Numbered from the stretch's first letter, positions 50,801 through 60,962 are shown. The stretch: 64,000 nt of DNA from Verrucomicrobiota bacterium (GCA_003152315.1 PLZV01000037.1:41679-105678); one strand, 5' to 3'. Notes: a model not told the origin generated them from the letters alone. Translations and numbers: made by a program.

Positions 50801-51221
50801 GCAACAAGATTGCGGAACGGTCGGTCTCCGAAAGGGCGGCCACCGCCTGATCGAGGTGCGGCGTGAGTTGGTTCCAAAGTATCTCGTTGTCGTCGGATGA
50901 AGTGGTGGAGCTCATGGTCAAAGCAATTTGTTCACGGGCTTTGCGACGGTATTCGGTACGGAGGGCACGAGAGGCTACAAAACGAGTCGTGCGGAAGAGC
51001 CAGCCGGCCAGGATCGTGCCAGGGCGTAGGTTGCCGGCCTTGTGGGCCAGTAGGACGAAAACAGATTGGGCCACGTCCTCGGCCAGATGCGGATCCCGCA
51101 CCTGGCGCAGAGCCGCCGAATGAACCCAGTTGAGGTGGCGTTGTACGAGTTCGGCGAACGCCGTTTCCGAACGGTCCTTTGCGTAGGCCTGAAGCAATTC
51201 CCAATCGCTCATCGTGTGCAT
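47883..51221 (-). CDS. ECF sigma-70 factor fused via TM to carboxypeptidase-regulatory-like repeats
   Basis: 'AFAELVQRH...AEDVAQSVF...GWLF' region 2; region 4 'LREVGERLGLSEEAAKKRV.RA'; TM; repeated 'G.V.D..G.PIAGA...TD..G.F'. Confidence 0.88.
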   Translation of the reverse strand: MHTMSDWELLQAYAKDRSETAFAELVQRHLNWVHSAALRQVRDPHLAEDVAQSVFVLLAHKAGNLRPGTILAGWLFRTTRFVASRALRTEYRRKAREQIALTMSSTTSSDDNEILWNQLTPHLDQAVAALSETDRSAILLRFYEKKPLREVGERLGLSEEAAKKRVLRAVEKMRGFLTKRGVILGGVALVGVLAEQTVNAAPTTLAASVLKVSIASTSPAAILPQLARETLRAWRWAKVNLVAGISAATVAAAILAVNTVSRPRPEVAPPMLAETGVAARARVITPSSPAVGSSVTATNEALSKRVINIHVLEQRTKQPLAGVQIVVQRDYQKSVGSTDKDGRFHTELPEKDPSRLTISADKDDFVPLEVMWDAQFRGFQIPEEFTFALEPAGSIGGVVQDEQGRPIAGAKVSVYLNDDSYGKNGQIFVDQWFFKQAITDGFGRWRFDQAPADLSGVGVLLSHPDYVVTRRPGSPDNDRLPDEKLRDMTAELVMKKGFTVSGGVFDMQGRPIAGAFVGLGSHRSISDSLKTTTDPAGAFRFNNAKSGNTFLFVQARGFAPDLKSIEAGTDSGPFNFRLESGHVIRGLVVDTQGNPLPGVDVSVDTWRTMQFLSWHTTTGTNGVFEWTDAPADNVQCDFLKEGYRVVNDLDLSPNSTNNVVTLRPPLSARGSVTDADTGQPIASFTVTPGRFFAEGEEPYWMENEQHSFSGGQYQWNVAFPGEYLYFLRADAEGYAGEISPPFDQDSESFVHNFKLTRAAWIQGVVRTPNGQPATNADVLLVLPGPPLDVVNRRVDQSGDGKPMRPIGGSDPRITRTDAEGRFKFAPTNKPFLVTALHDTGYAQAACEHPGVLPDLRLEPWARIEGDMYIGSRPAVKQRVELWGDWSRQSDRPSVMFEGYTMTDDTGHFVMDRVPSGNVSVGRSICINDRSYTTTHNVYLRTERGQIAHVTIGGTGQPVIGQLVVPAGFERNVDWTACDFSELRTKLPELPQPTLPNNWQAMTDDQKRAFGKQWQETWDNSDEGRAYDEASKAARNYPFAVRADGSFRVEDVLPGIYQLHITLGGEPHTNGAAIVRQPIASLVHEFTIPDLPGGHSDAPLDLGELPLEPVPQQ

Positions 51222-51329
51222 TGTCCTCTACCTATAAGTCCCCGCCAATGCCAAAAGGGGACAACGCTTTGGCTGGAATGTTCGACCGAGTTCGGGCAGA
51301 GTACGGTCGAGTGAATTCGGGAGGTGCTC

Positions 51330-52373
51330 ATGGACGAAGCGAAACGCGCGCGGCATTTTGCCAGTGACAACAACTCTGGGATTTGTCCCGAGGTGTGGGC
51401 GGCGCTGGCGGAGGCCAATACGGGACATGTTACCGGTTACGGCGACGACCCGTGGACCGAGAAGGCGAAGCAATACGTCCGCGACCTTTTCGAGGTTGAC
51501 TGCGAAGTGTTCTTTGTTTTCAACGGCACGGCAGCCAACTCGTTGGCGCTCGCCAGCATGTGCGATTCCTACCACAGCGTGATTTCCTTCGATTACTCGC
51601 ATGTGGTGACCGACGAGTGCAATGCGCCGGGGTTTTTCGCGCCCGGCGTGAAGATGCAGCCCGTCAGCGGCGAAAATGGCAAGATCGAGCCCGACGCCAT
51701 CGATCGCGCAGCGCGATCGCGGCGCGATGTGCACGCGTCGATGCCGCGCGCGGTGAGTCTCACGCAAGCGACGGAACTCGGCACGGTGTACACGCCTGAT
51801 GAGTTGGCCGGGATTACGAAGACGGCGCGCGATTTGGGTCTGTACGTGCACATGGACGGCGCGCGGTTCGCGAACGCTGTGGCGAGTTTAGGTGTGAAAC
51901 CGCGCGAGATTTCATGGGAGATGGGCGTGGACGTTCTCAGCCTCGGTGGCACCAAAAACGGAGGAGTGGGGGGCGACGCCGTCGTGTTCTTCAATGAGAA
52001 TCTCCCGCAGAACTTTCTCTACCGCTGCAAACAATCGGGTCAACTCGCCTCAAAGATGCGTTTTCTCGCGGCACAATGGATCGGGTTGCTGCAGGATGGC
52101 GCGTGGTTGCGAAACGCGAAGAACGCGAACAGGGCCGCGGCGCTCCTCGATACGCAACTGCGCGGCCTGCCGGGCGTGCGCATCCTTTACCCGCGCCAAG
52201 CGAATGCGGTGTTCGTGGACATGCCGGGGCCCGTGTTGGATGGTTTGCACGAGCGCGGCTGGCATTTCTACGCGGACGTCGGTCCGGGGGGCGCGCGCTT
52301 GATGTGTTCGTGGGACTCGATGGCGGAAGATGTCGAGGCGTTCGTGCGCGACGTGGTCGATTTGTCGAAGTAA
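51330..52373 (+). CDS. ltaE: Low-specificity L-threonine aldolase
   Basis: 'FASDN', 'YGDD', 'GTAAN', 'HMDGARFANA', 'GGTKNG', 'SKMRF'. Confidence 0.92.
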   Translation: MDEAKRARHFASDNNSGICPEVWAALAEANTGHVTGYGDDPWTEKAKQYVRDLFEVDCEVFFVFNGTAANSLALASMCDSYHSVISFDYSHVVTDECNAPGFFAPGVKMQPVSGENGKIEPDAIDRAARSRRDVHASMPRAVSLTQATELGTVYTPDELAGITKTARDLGLYVHMDGARFANAVASLGVKPREISWEMGVDVLSLGGTKNGGVGGDAVVFFNENLPQNFLYRCKQSGQLASKMRFLAAQWIGLLQDGAWLRNAKNANRAAALLDTQLRGLPGVRILYPRQANAVFVDMPGPVLDGLHERGWHFYADVGPGGARLMCSWDSMAEDVEAFVRDVVDLSK

Positions 52374-52395
52374 GGCAACGCGGTTACTCTGAATC

Positions 52396-54486
52396 ATGAG
52401 CGGGCTTACGCAACGGAAGTCAGTTCGCGTCCTCTTCGACGAATACCACAGCGAAAGCTGGTCGATCTCCGAGGCGCGGGCCCGCGAGATGCAGCCGGAG
52501 TATCCGCTTAATTCATCGTATCAAATCGCCGCCGACACACTTGCCGCGAGCGATTTCACGATCCACCGCAACCTCAACAAGCCGTTGCAGCGCGACGTGC
52601 TCGGCGGAGCGGATGTGTTAGTGCTCCTGCATCCCTGCGACCCGAAGTGGGAACGCACCACCTCGGCGAATTCGCCACGGCTGTCAGAGCAGGAAATTAC
52701 CGACATCCAGGAATTTGTCCGCGCGGGCGGCGGCTTGCTCGTCATTTCCGAGTACGAGCACGACAAGTACGGCGACAATCTCAACGACCTGCTCGTGCCG
52801 TGTGGGCTGCGCATTGAGAATGCAACCGTGTTTGACACCGTGGCGCGTGTCCACGACAACCCGGCCTGGTTCTTTGCCGAGCCGGTGGCGGAGGACACGC
52901 AGCTCGCGCACTTCGTCAAGCGCGCGTGCTTCTATCAGGCAGGCACGTGCACGGCTTCCGGAGACGCGCGCATCGCCTGGCGCACCGGCGCGACCGCGGT
53001 GCCGCGACACGCGGGTGTGATTGGGACGGCGGAATTCGGTAACGGGCGCGTGGTGGTGGTGACGGATTCACTGCTCTTCGGCGATAACCACATTCGTGAG
53101 TTCGATCACCAGCAACTGTGGCGCAACGTCATGTATTGGTGTTCCGCGCCGACGTTTGCGCGCAGTGTCGTGCCAGCGACGCCATCGGTCGCCACGAAAT
53201 CGGGCGCATGGTCGTCACTGAAGGGGGCGGTCAACGCGTTGCGCATGCTCCAAGACCCGGACGGAAGCATCACCTTCGAGAAGCACGAGGAAGCGGGGCA
53301 TCTTGCGCAGGCGGCGGCGGGGGCGGTGCAAGCGTTGGCGCCGTCATTCCCGCATGAGGCGGATCACCTCAACCAAGTGGTGCTCGATTTCGACACGTGG
53401 ATGGGTGGAGGTTTCAAGAAGCCTGATTTTGGGAAGTCGCTGGCGTTGTTCAATCCGCAACTGCAGCGGCGCGACAGGGTTGAGCACCTGTGGGTGATGC
53501 CGATGTACACGCCGAATGCGTCGATGGATTGGCGTTTCGAGGCGATGATCTACCGCGTCCCGTGGCCCGACTGGCTCGCGGAGCTGGAGCGAACGCAATA
53601 CCAGAACGGAAAGATCGTGCCCGGTCATTTCGTGGATTTTACCGAGGGTTACAATAGCGAATGCGCCGTACTGTTTCCCGAGACGGTGTCGGTGGCGGGG
53701 AAGGGGACGAACAATTTCGCGACGATCTTTTGCGACCGTGAGGCGAAGCGTTATCAACGGATAGTTATCAGGGCGGCGGGTCTCACGCGGCTCGAAATGC
53801 ATCCGCAGTTGGAATGTTTTTTCAATTCGCCGCCGCTCATCATAGATACTTACGCGTTGTGGGACCTGATTCACGACAAATCGCACAGTGTCGGCGAACT
53901 GCCGTTCGACCCGTTCATGATCCGCCAGCGCGCCCCGTTTTGGATGTACGGGCTGGAAGAGTTACGGGTGGATTTGCGTGCGTTCTGCGAAGCGACGCGG
54001 CTGGCACAGGAAGGTTTCCCGTTCGCGCATTACGTGACCTACGCGGTGCTCTTTGACCGCATCTTCCGCTTCCCGATCACAGGCACACGTGTGCGTAATT
54101 ACGATGGCTTGGGCGGGCAACTTCTGTTCGCCTACCTGCACCAACACGACATTCTTATCTGGCACGACAACCGTCTCGCGGTCCGCTGGGACAAGCTTTA
54201 CGAGGGCATCGACGGCTTGCGTCAGGAACTGCTGGCGCTCTACAAATTCGGCTCCGACGCCTCGAAGATGAGTTTCTGGCTCGCCGCACACGATTTGATT
54301 TCGCGATACGTCCCGCCGAACGTTGCCTCGAAGTGGAAGAAAGACTCCCGCGCCATCACCGACGAGAGTGATCCCAAGAAATGGATCGACCTCGTCCACC
54401 CCGACGAATTCCCGCTCGGGAACTTCCACGCGAATTTGCAGAAGAAGATGGCGAGTGGGAAGGGATTGTATCCTCCGTTCGCATAA
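52396..54486 (+). CDS. DUF6421-like protein with N-terminal class I GATase-like (DUF4350/GIFT-like) domain
   Basis: 'VLFDEYHSE...FVRAGGGLL..SE' N-domain; 'PMYTPN...AVLFPE...IFCDREA...WDLIHD..H..G.LPFDPFMI...EELR.DL' C-domain. Confidence 0.75.
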   Translation: MSGLTQRKSVRVLFDEYHSESWSISEARAREMQPEYPLNSSYQIAADTLAASDFTIHRNLNKPLQRDVLGGADVLVLLHPCDPKWERTTSANSPRLSEQEITDIQEFVRAGGGLLVISEYEHDKYGDNLNDLLVPCGLRIENATVFDTVARVHDNPAWFFAEPVAEDTQLAHFVKRACFYQAGTCTASGDARIAWRTGATAVPRHAGVIGTAEFGNGRVVVVTDSLLFGDNHIREFDHQQLWRNVMYWCSAPTFARSVVPATPSVATKSGAWSSLKGAVNALRMLQDPDGSITFEKHEEAGHLAQAAAGAVQALAPSFPHEADHLNQVVLDFDTWMGGGFKKPDFGKSLALFNPQLQRRDRVEHLWVMPMYTPNASMDWRFEAMIYRVPWPDWLAELERTQYQNGKIVPGHFVDFTEGYNSECAVLFPETVSVAGKGTNNFATIFCDREAKRYQRIVIRAAGLTRLEMHPQLECFFNSPPLIIDTYALWDLIHDKSHSVGELPFDPFMIRQRAPFWMYGLEELRVDLRAFCEATRLAQEGFPFAHYVTYAVLFDRIFRFPITGTRVRNYDGLGGQLLFAYLHQHDILIWHDNRLAVRWDKLYEGIDGLRQELLALYKFGSDASKMSFWLAAHDLISRYVPPNVASKWKKDSRAITDESDPKKWIDLVHPDEFPLGNFHANLQKKMASGKGLYPPFA

Positions 54487-54577
54487 TAAATAGACCTGCG
54501 GTATTCCGGCTAGAATACGGAACATCTAACTGCTCTGGTACGGAGTGCCGCTAAAGTTCGAAGCCAAAAATTAGGCA

Positions 54578-55828
54578 ATGAGCGAACTGCTTGAGCAAAG
54601 TATCGAGCGAAAACGTCAGGAGGCGATTAGAACTGGTGTCGCTCTCGCGAAGTTGCTGACGCCCGACGAAGCTGCTTTTTGGAAAGAACAGCGACGGCAG
54701 AGGGCAAACGCCAACCTTAGACTTTCGTATGCACGCAATCGCGATAAAGAAATCGCTAATCAAGTCCGCAAACAACGAACACCAGAAGGTAAAGCAGTTA
54801 AAGTTTACTTTAACACGCTAGCCCGCGCTCGCCGGTGGCACGATAAAGAACTGGAAGCGGCACTGCTTGAAGAAAAGATATTAAAGGGAAAGGCTGCGCT
54901 TGTAGATGTCCCGGCAATCATGCGCCGACTCGGACGCGGTCGCAAATGGCGGATCAAACCTCCTGTACAGCCAGAACTGCCCAAAGAGGAGCGGCGATCA
55001 AAATTCAGTCGGCTGACACGCGAAACGATATTTGAACGAACCAAGGGCGGCGAAACGGCGCTTCACCGCGCCGTAAAGTCCGGGAAGCTCGCGGATGTGC
55101 CACGTGGAGCTTTTTCTCTGGAAATCTTCCTAGCACAAAACGATTTTGGTAGAACGCCGCTTCATTATGCTGCCCATTTCGGTTGTTTGAGTCAGATTCC
55201 GCGAGAGTATTTAACTAACCAGACTCTTTCAGTGAAGAATCGGTATGGAAGCACTCCAGTACATATCGCCGCAGAGGACGGACACCTAGACCAGATTCCA
55301 TCCGAACTTTTAACGCAAGAGTTAATGGAGATCTCGAATATTGGTCTCGCAACGCCGCAATTTATTGCGGACTGGAAGAGGCAGAACCCAGGAGTGCCGG
55401 TCCCATACAGGGAATGGCGATACGTCGGCGGTGAACGGAAGGCAGTAGATGTATCTGAATTTGATGCAGGCAACGGGTGGTGGCGTGAAGATGCGATTTC
55501 TCTTAGGCAGAAGGCCGTGCTGCTGTTCTTCGGGCGGTCAATCCAAGGGCTTACGAAGGGACAGGCAGCCGATGTCATTAATGAAATCTATGTTGCTCCC
55601 GGGAAGAAAGAACAGTGGGAGTCGGCCAAGCGCGCCGACATCAGTCAGTTCAAGGGCACGAAACTATACGCCTTCATTCGTCGAAAAGCCGAAGAGGATT
55701 GGGAGGACTTTGAGGGGGAGACACTTGACGAAGCATTACGGCGAATCGATGACTTTGAACCATCCGAACAAGAAGAAGAACTAGCGGAGCTTGAGCGATG
55801 GCTTAACTCAGAAGATACCCGCTGGTAG
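54578..55828 (+). CDS. Ankyrin-repeat protein
   Basis: Three 'G.T.LH.A...G' repeats (GETALHRAV, GRTPLHYAA, GSTPVHIAA). Confidence 0.8.
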   Translation: MSELLEQSIERKRQEAIRTGVALAKLLTPDEAAFWKEQRRQRANANLRLSYARNRDKEIANQVRKQRTPEGKAVKVYFNTLARARRWHDKELEAALLEEKILKGKAALVDVPAIMRRLGRGRKWRIKPPVQPELPKEERRSKFSRLTRETIFERTKGGETALHRAVKSGKLADVPRGAFSLEIFLAQNDFGRTPLHYAAHFGCLSQIPREYLTNQTLSVKNRYGSTPVHIAAEDGHLDQIPSELLTQELMEISNIGLATPQFIADWKRQNPGVPVPYREWRYVGGERKAVDVSEFDAGNGWWREDAISLRQKAVLLFFGRSIQGLTKGQAADVINEIYVAPGKKEQWESAKRADISQFKGTKLYAFIRRKAEEDWEDFEGETLDEALRRIDDFEPSEQEEELAELERWLNSEDTRW

Positions 55829-55872
55829 CCAAACACAGCTTCACTAGCAAAATTGAACTAACCCGTGATCCT

Positions 55873-56382
55873 TCAATGACGTTGCTGCCCAAGGTGACAA
55901 ATCTGTTTCTTCAAATCGTTACACAGTGCTTCAAACTCCAAGAGTGCTTTGTCAAAAGGCTGTGAGAACTGCCGCGTTGGCACGTTCATTTCGTATGCTT
56001 GCTTAAAATTCCTCTGCATGTCGCTGACGGCTTCACGTGACTTCAAGATGGTTTGGAACCTCCCAAGAAGGTGGGGAAAATAGATACTGATGAGCATCTG
56101 CATAATCTCATAGTGCCCGGGCGTCGGGTGTTTGTCAGCCGCGTTAATGTCGAGCACTTTGTCGTATTTCATCTCGCCATTCATTACCCGTGGCCAGAGC
56201 ATATTTCGCGATACGAAAGTTGTGCAGTACCCGTGAGCCGCCAGAAATAACTCTTCAAGTTTTTTGCGTCTAAACTCGCGCTCCTGCCTTCGTTCAGTAA
56301 ATTTGTGGGCCACGAATGCGGCTATAACTCCACTGCCTAAAACGGTCGCTAATGACAACGCAATTTGTGTTTGCGGATTCAT
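55873..56382 (-). CDS. Hypothetical protein with N-terminal TM helix
   Basis: 169-aa ORF from ATG 56382 with an N-terminal hydrophobic helix followed by a charged helical region. Confidence 0.65.
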   Translation of the reverse strand: MNPQTQIALSLATVLGSGVIAAFVAHKFTERRQEREFRRKKLEELFLAAHGYCTTFVSRNMLWPRVMNGEMKYDKVLDINAADKHPTPGHYEIMQMLISIYFPHLLGRFQTILKSREAVSDMQRNFKQAYEMNVPTRQFSQPFDKALLEFEALCNDLKKQICHLGQQRH

Positions 56383-56605
56383 TGAGTCCTCATACAACCG
56401 TGCCGTCCGGGAAGACTTTTGTGTCGCGCAGCCATTTGAGGTTATCGCCAAAGAGCAGCCGGTTCATGCAGGCTTTGTAGCACGGTACGGTTGGTCGTGG
56501 CAATCCGAAACCCAGTAAGGCACGCTCTTAGTTAAGTATCTGTAATAGATAATTTGGCTGGACATCGCCTGGTAGAATGGGTATAGTCGCCACGGTTCTT
56601 TGACA

Positions 56606-57035
56606 TCCGCCTTTGCCGAGGCCGTGGCGGACAAGAGGGCAAACACCCCTCACCTTAATCCTTTGCCGTATACGACAACGGGTTTGCTGCGGGAATACGA
56701 CGTGCAGCGTGTCGTCAGACTCCGCTCCGTCCAACTCGGCTCCCCCCAAGGGGAGAGGAGATGTTCTGTGTGGATAAGGGGCCAAGAGAGGGCGAAGTTT
56801 TTCGGGGAGGGAGGGGGCGCGAAAACATGCGTTTCTGCGAAACGAAGCCAATTGGGAAATGCTCTAGATCGTATGTAGTACTTTGTGGCAGAATAAGTTA
56901 ACAACATTACAGAATTCTGACAAATGGCTTCGTTTTCCGTGAAAACCACGTCATGGTGTCCACTCCCGCTGGTGCTGCGCCAGTCTTCATTTGGCATGTA
57001 GTCGTACCGTTTAGAGTGCGCAGGCTGAAGCCTGC
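56606..57035. repeat. Cluster of REP/MITE-like palindromic elements
   Basis: tccgcc...ggcgga 56606-56631; cccctcaccttaatcct 56646-56662 and ctccccccaaggggagagg 56740-56758; gcaggct-ga-agcctgc 57020-57035. Confidence 0.5.
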
Positions 57036-57173
57036 GGCTACAAGGCCTACCCCCAAATGAACTGTGATGAAGCACCAGTACCGCGCCCGTTCTTTTCACA
57101 CTTGGCAGGTTGTTGTCACGTGGCTGTTGCTTTGGTTTAGGAAACTAATTGGCAAGGAGGCGGGGAACGGGAC

Positions 57174-57425
57174 ATGAACTACGTGAGCCAGGTATGCGAG
57201 GTCGGGATGATGAGATTTACATTGCGAGAGGATAATGAGCCGGAATTCCTGGGGCGCGCTGCCGAGGAGATTCTTCAATTGCCCAGCGTGTTGCGGGTCC
57301 GCACGAATCCCGCGCGGCAGGAGATTGAGATCACGTTCAAACAGCCGGCCGAGGGGCTGTTGCGGCAGGTGAACAATGCGCTGCGGTTGGTCGGCACGGA
57401 GATGACGGCGTCGAAGGTGCGTTAA
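57174..57425 (+). CDS. Small hypothetical protein (ferredoxin/HMA-like fold possible)
   Basis: 83-aa ORF with host-like codon usage; 'LPSVLRVRTNP...I.ITF' beta-alpha pattern. Confidence 0.6.
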   Translation: MNYVSQVCEVGMMRFTLREDNEPEFLGRAAEEILQLPSVLRVRTNPARQEIEITFKQPAEGLLRQVNNALRLVGTEMTASKVR

Positions 57426-57446
57426 CGCGCGCCGTGGCGTTTTGGG

Positions 57447-57734
57447 TCACTTCAAGTCGGGGTTCTGTTTGATGAACTCGCAGAGCTTTTCCTTGAGCGC
57501 GGGCGGCATGGGCGCCTCGGGCAGGCCGTGATGATGCGTGACCATGATCGTGCGCCGATAGCTATTCACGTAGTCGAGACAGGGGGAGCAATTGCCGATG
57601 TGCTTCTCCAGTTTGCGATGAGTCTCGGGGGTGAGTTCGCCTTCGACGAACTCGAAGAGCAGTTGCTTGGTGTGCGAGCAGGCGTCCGGGCGCAAGAGAC
57701 GCTTCCAGAGACTCGTGATTAGTTTCATGCTCAT
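57447..57734 (-). CDS. zf-HC2 anti-sigma factor
   Basis: 'C...LFEFVEGEL...LEKHIGNCSPC' HxxxCxxC motif; coupled to the ECF sigma. Confidence 0.88.
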   Translation of the reverse strand: MSMKLITSLWKRLLRPDACSHTKQLLFEFVEGELTPETHRKLEKHIGNCSPCLDYVNSYRRTIMVTHHHGLPEAPMPPALKEKLCEFIKQNPDLK

Positions 57735-58348
57735 GATTTCTGTATGTCCTGCCCATTTAGGTATGGCAGCAATGCTTCACGAAGCGCCAAGCGTGCCCGA
57801 TGCAGGCGGCTTTTCAACGCGGGCTCGCTGAGGCCGGTTTCCTGCATGACTTCCGCCATCGGCAATTCCTCCACGTCGCGCAGGAGGACGGCGACACGGT
57901 AGGGTTCCGGCAGTTGGTCGATCGCGGCGCGGACCTGCTCGCCGAGTTCACCGGTCATCGCCACCTTGTCGGGAAGCGGTCTCTTGTCGCTCAACTGCAA
58001 CGCGGGCAGGGGCGCGTCATCATCGTCGGACCCGACGGCGTCGAGCGAGATGTCGTTCTCGCGCCGTTTCTTCTTACGCAACGCCATCAGGCCCGCGTTG
58101 GCGGTGACGCGATAGATCCAGGAGGTGAAGGCGGATTTGCCCTCGAACGAGCCGATCTTGTTCCAGATGGAAACGAGAGCATCCTGCATGACCTCGCGCG
58201 CGTCGGACTCATTGCGCATGAACTGGAGGGCAACGCCATACATCTTCGCGCCGTGGACATGGACCAACTCCTCCAAAGCAGATTTATCACGCTGCTTGAG
58301 GCGCGCGACCAACTGAACGTCATCGATTTGTGTGTCTGGTTTCGACAT
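57731..58348 (-). CDS. ECF RNA polymerase sigma factor
   Basis: 'DAREVMQD...F..KSAFTSWIYR', 'LPEPYR..VLLRD...KSRLHRAR'; alternative start 58366. Confidence 0.92.
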   Translation of the reverse strand: MSKPDTQIDDVQLVARLKQRDKSALEELVHVHGAKMYGVALQFMRNESDAREVMQDALVSIWNKIGSFEGKSAFTSWIYRVTANAGLMALRKKKRRENDISLDAVGSDDDDAPLPALQLSDKRPLPDKVAMTGELGEQVRAAIDQLPEPYRVAVLLRDVEELPMAEVMQETGLSEPALKSRLHRARLALREALLPYLNGQDIQKS

Positions 58349-58430
58349 GAGAATGGGCACGACCACGCTGCCAGAACACTTGATGCACTAAAATGCGCGC
58401 AGTTTCAAGTCTGATAAGCGTTCGCCAATC

Positions 58431-58694
58431 CTAAAACTCAGCGTGAATGAACTCCTCCAGTTTCGTGCGTACGGTCGGCGGAATCTCCACCCGGTTACAA
58501 CAGAACCGCCGGGTGACGTCGATGGTTTGACGGTAGGTGCGCAGGAACTCAATGCATGGCGGGCAATCGCGAAAATGGTCGTCGAGACGGTGCTTTACCT
58601 CCGGCTCGAGGGTCCCTTGCACATAATCAAACAACAGCCTTTCGACGTCGCAACAGCCGAGCACCGATCCAAGGAACTTCTCAAGAGGATTCAC
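58431..58694 (-). CDS. Second zf-HC2 anti-sigma-like protein
   Basis: 'C.DV..LLFDYVQGTL...DDHFRDCPPC..F..TY'. Confidence 0.85.
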   Translation of the reverse strand: MNPLEKFLGSVLGCCDVERLLFDYVQGTLEPEVKHRLDDHFRDCPPCIEFLRTYRQTIDVTRRFCCNRVEIPPTVRTKLEEFIHAEF

Positions 58695-58754
58695 TTACAA
58701 GTTAGATGCCGTGGCATCGAGGAACGATTCACATGAAGCAAATATCTCAAGCGC

Positions 58755-60962
58755 ATGTATAGTGGGAGGGTAATGACGAAAGTTTTGCACCGCAGACTAC
58801 TCTTTACCGGTCTGGCGGGTGTGGTATCTTGCGTCGTCATGGCTGGCGACACCACCTCGCGCAAACCGAATCGTTTGATTCATGAGAAGAGCCCGTATCT
58901 GTTGCAGCACGCCTACAATCCTGTGGATTGGTATCCGTGGGGGGAAGAGGCGTTTGCCCGGGCGCGCAAGGAGGACAAGCCGATCTTTCTGTCCATCGGC
59001 TATTCGACCTGCCACTGGTGCCATGTCATGGAGCGCGAGTCGTTTGAGAATGAGGACATCGCCGCCGTGATGAACCAATACTTCGTTTGCATCAAGGTGG
59101 ACCGCGAAGAACGTCCGGACATCGACAAGGTTTACATGACGGCGGTGCAGGCCACGACCGGCAGCGGTGGCTGGCCGATGAGTGTGTGGCTGACGCCGGA
59201 GCTGAAGCCGTTTTTTTGCGGCACGTACTTTCCGCCGGACTCGCGCTACGGGCGCCCCGGTTTCAAGGATTTGCTCCAGCGCGTGCACGACGTCTGGGAG
59301 GGGAACCACGATGGCGTGCTCGCCCAAGCCGGCAAGATTGTGGAAACAATCAACCAATACTCGAGCATCGGTACGAATGGCTCTCCGAACCTACCACTCG
59401 ATGACACGCCGCTCAGCGCGGGCTTTGATCAGTTCCGGACCTCCTACGACGCCGTGCACGGCGGATTCAGCATGGCGCCGAAGTTCCCGCGACCGGTCGC
59501 TTTGAATTTTCTCTTTCGCTATCAGGCGCGAACGAATGAAGTCACGGCGCGCGAGATGGCGCTGCACACGTTGCGAGCGATGGGTGAAGGCGGACTATTC
59601 GATCAACTTGGCGGCGGTTTTCATCGTTACAGCGTCGACCAGAAATGGCTGGTGTCGCATTTTGAAAAGATGCTCTACGACCAGGCGCAGCTCGTCTCCA
59701 GCTACATCGACGCGTATCAGATCACACATGATCCGTTTTATGCCGAGATCGCGCGACGCACATGCGATTACGTGCTGCGCGACATGACGAGTCCCGAAGG
59801 CGGGTTCTATTCGGCGGAGGATGCCGACAGTGAAGGGGTGGAAGGGAAATTCTACGTTTGGACGCGTGACGAGATCGACAAGATCATTGGCGACAAGGAC
59901 AAGGCCGAGATCTTCTGCCGCTACTACGGCGTCGAGGCTGACGGTAATTGGGAGCACGGCAACAATGTGCTGCACGTCGCGCTCACGCTCGCGGAAACCG
60001 CCAAGCAGTTCCACAAGTCGGAGAAAGAGATTGCGGCGGTCCTGGACGGGGGCCGGGCGAAGCTGTTTGCTGCCCGCGAAAAACGGGTGCGACCGCACCG
60101 TGATGAGAAAACCCTGACAGCGTGGAATGGGCTGATGATTTCCGCGTTCGCGCGGGCTGCGCAGGTACTCGATGAGCCCAAATACAGCGCCGCCGCCGAG
60201 CATGCCGCGCATTACATGCTCACCAATCGTCTCAAGGACGGCAAGCTGACCCGCACGGCGACGGTACCAGCGATGGTCGAAGACTATGCGTTCTTTAGTA
60301 ACGGCCTGGTGAATCTCTATGAAGCGGACTTCGATCCACAGTGGTTGGGGAAGGCCACGGAACTCGCTGACGCCATGCTCGCGCAATTCTACGATGCGAA
60401 GGCAGGTGGGTTCTACCAGACGGATGGACGCGACCCAAGCGTTATTGTTCGCTCCAAGGAGGACTACGACGGTGCGGAGCCCAGCGGCAATTCGATGGCG
60501 ACACTGCTACTACTGCGGCTCGCGCAGTTTACCGATCGGGCCGATTATCGTAACGCCGCGGAGAAGACGCTGCAGCTTTTTAGCGGTCATCTGGGCCAGG
60601 CGCCACGGGTTGTGCCGCAGATGCTTTGCGCTCTGGATTTCTACCTCAGCCAGCCGAAGCAGATTGTCGTCGCGGGCAAGGCCGACGCTGCCGACACCCG
60701 CGCCATGCTGCGCACGCTCCACGAGCGATATCTCCCGAACGCGATCGTGATTCTTGCCGAGGGTGGTGAATCGCAGATGGCGCTGGTGAAACTCCTGCCG
60801 TTTCTGGAGACGATCAAGCCAAAGGACGGCAAGACCACCGCCTACGTCTGTGTCAATTACGCCTGCCAGTTACCCACGAGCGACCTGAGCAAGATGCTCG
60901 CGCTGCTACTGCCCGTGCATCCACAGGATCAGCCAGATGGTAGTAAACACCAGCGGCAGTAA
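58755..60962 (+). CDS. Thioredoxin-domain (DUF255) + alpha/alpha-barrel protein, YyaL/SPATA20 family
   Basis: '[24 protein letters not shown]...[10 protein letters not shown]...KVDREERPD', 'HFEKMLYDQ', 'PSGNS'. Confidence 0.92.
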   Translation: MYSGRVMTKVLHRRLLFTGLAGVVSCVVMAGDTTSRKPNRLIHEKSPYLLQHAYNPVDWYPWGEEAFARARKEDKPIFLSIGYSTCHWCHVMERESFENEDIAAVMNQYFVCIKVDREERPDIDKVYMTAVQATTGSGGWPMSVWLTPELKPFFCGTYFPPDSRYGRPGFKDLLQRVHDVWEGNHDGVLAQAGKIVETINQYSSIGTNGSPNLPLDDTPLSAGFDQFRTSYDAVHGGFSMAPKFPRPVALNFLFRYQARTNEVTAREMALHTLRAMGEGGLFDQLGGGFHRYSVDQKWLVSHFEKMLYDQAQLVSSYIDAYQITHDPFYAEIARRTCDYVLRDMTSPEGGFYSAEDADSEGVEGKFYVWTRDEIDKIIGDKDKAEIFCRYYGVEADGNWEHGNNVLHVALTLAETAKQFHKSEKEIAAVLDGGRAKLFAAREKRVRPHRDEKTLTAWNGLMISAFARAAQVLDEPKYSAAAEHAAHYMLTNRLKDGKLTRTATVPAMVEDYAFFSNGLVNLYEADFDPQWLGKATELADAMLAQFYDAKAGGFYQTDGRDPSVIVRSKEDYDGAEPSGNSMATLLLLRLAQFTDRADYRNAAEKTLQLFSGHLGQAPRVVPQMLCALDFYLSQPKQIVVAGKADAADTRAMLRTLHERYLPNAIVILAEGGESQMALVKLLPFLETIKPKDGKTTAYVCVNYACQLPTSDLSKMLALLLPVHPQDQPDGSKHQRQ

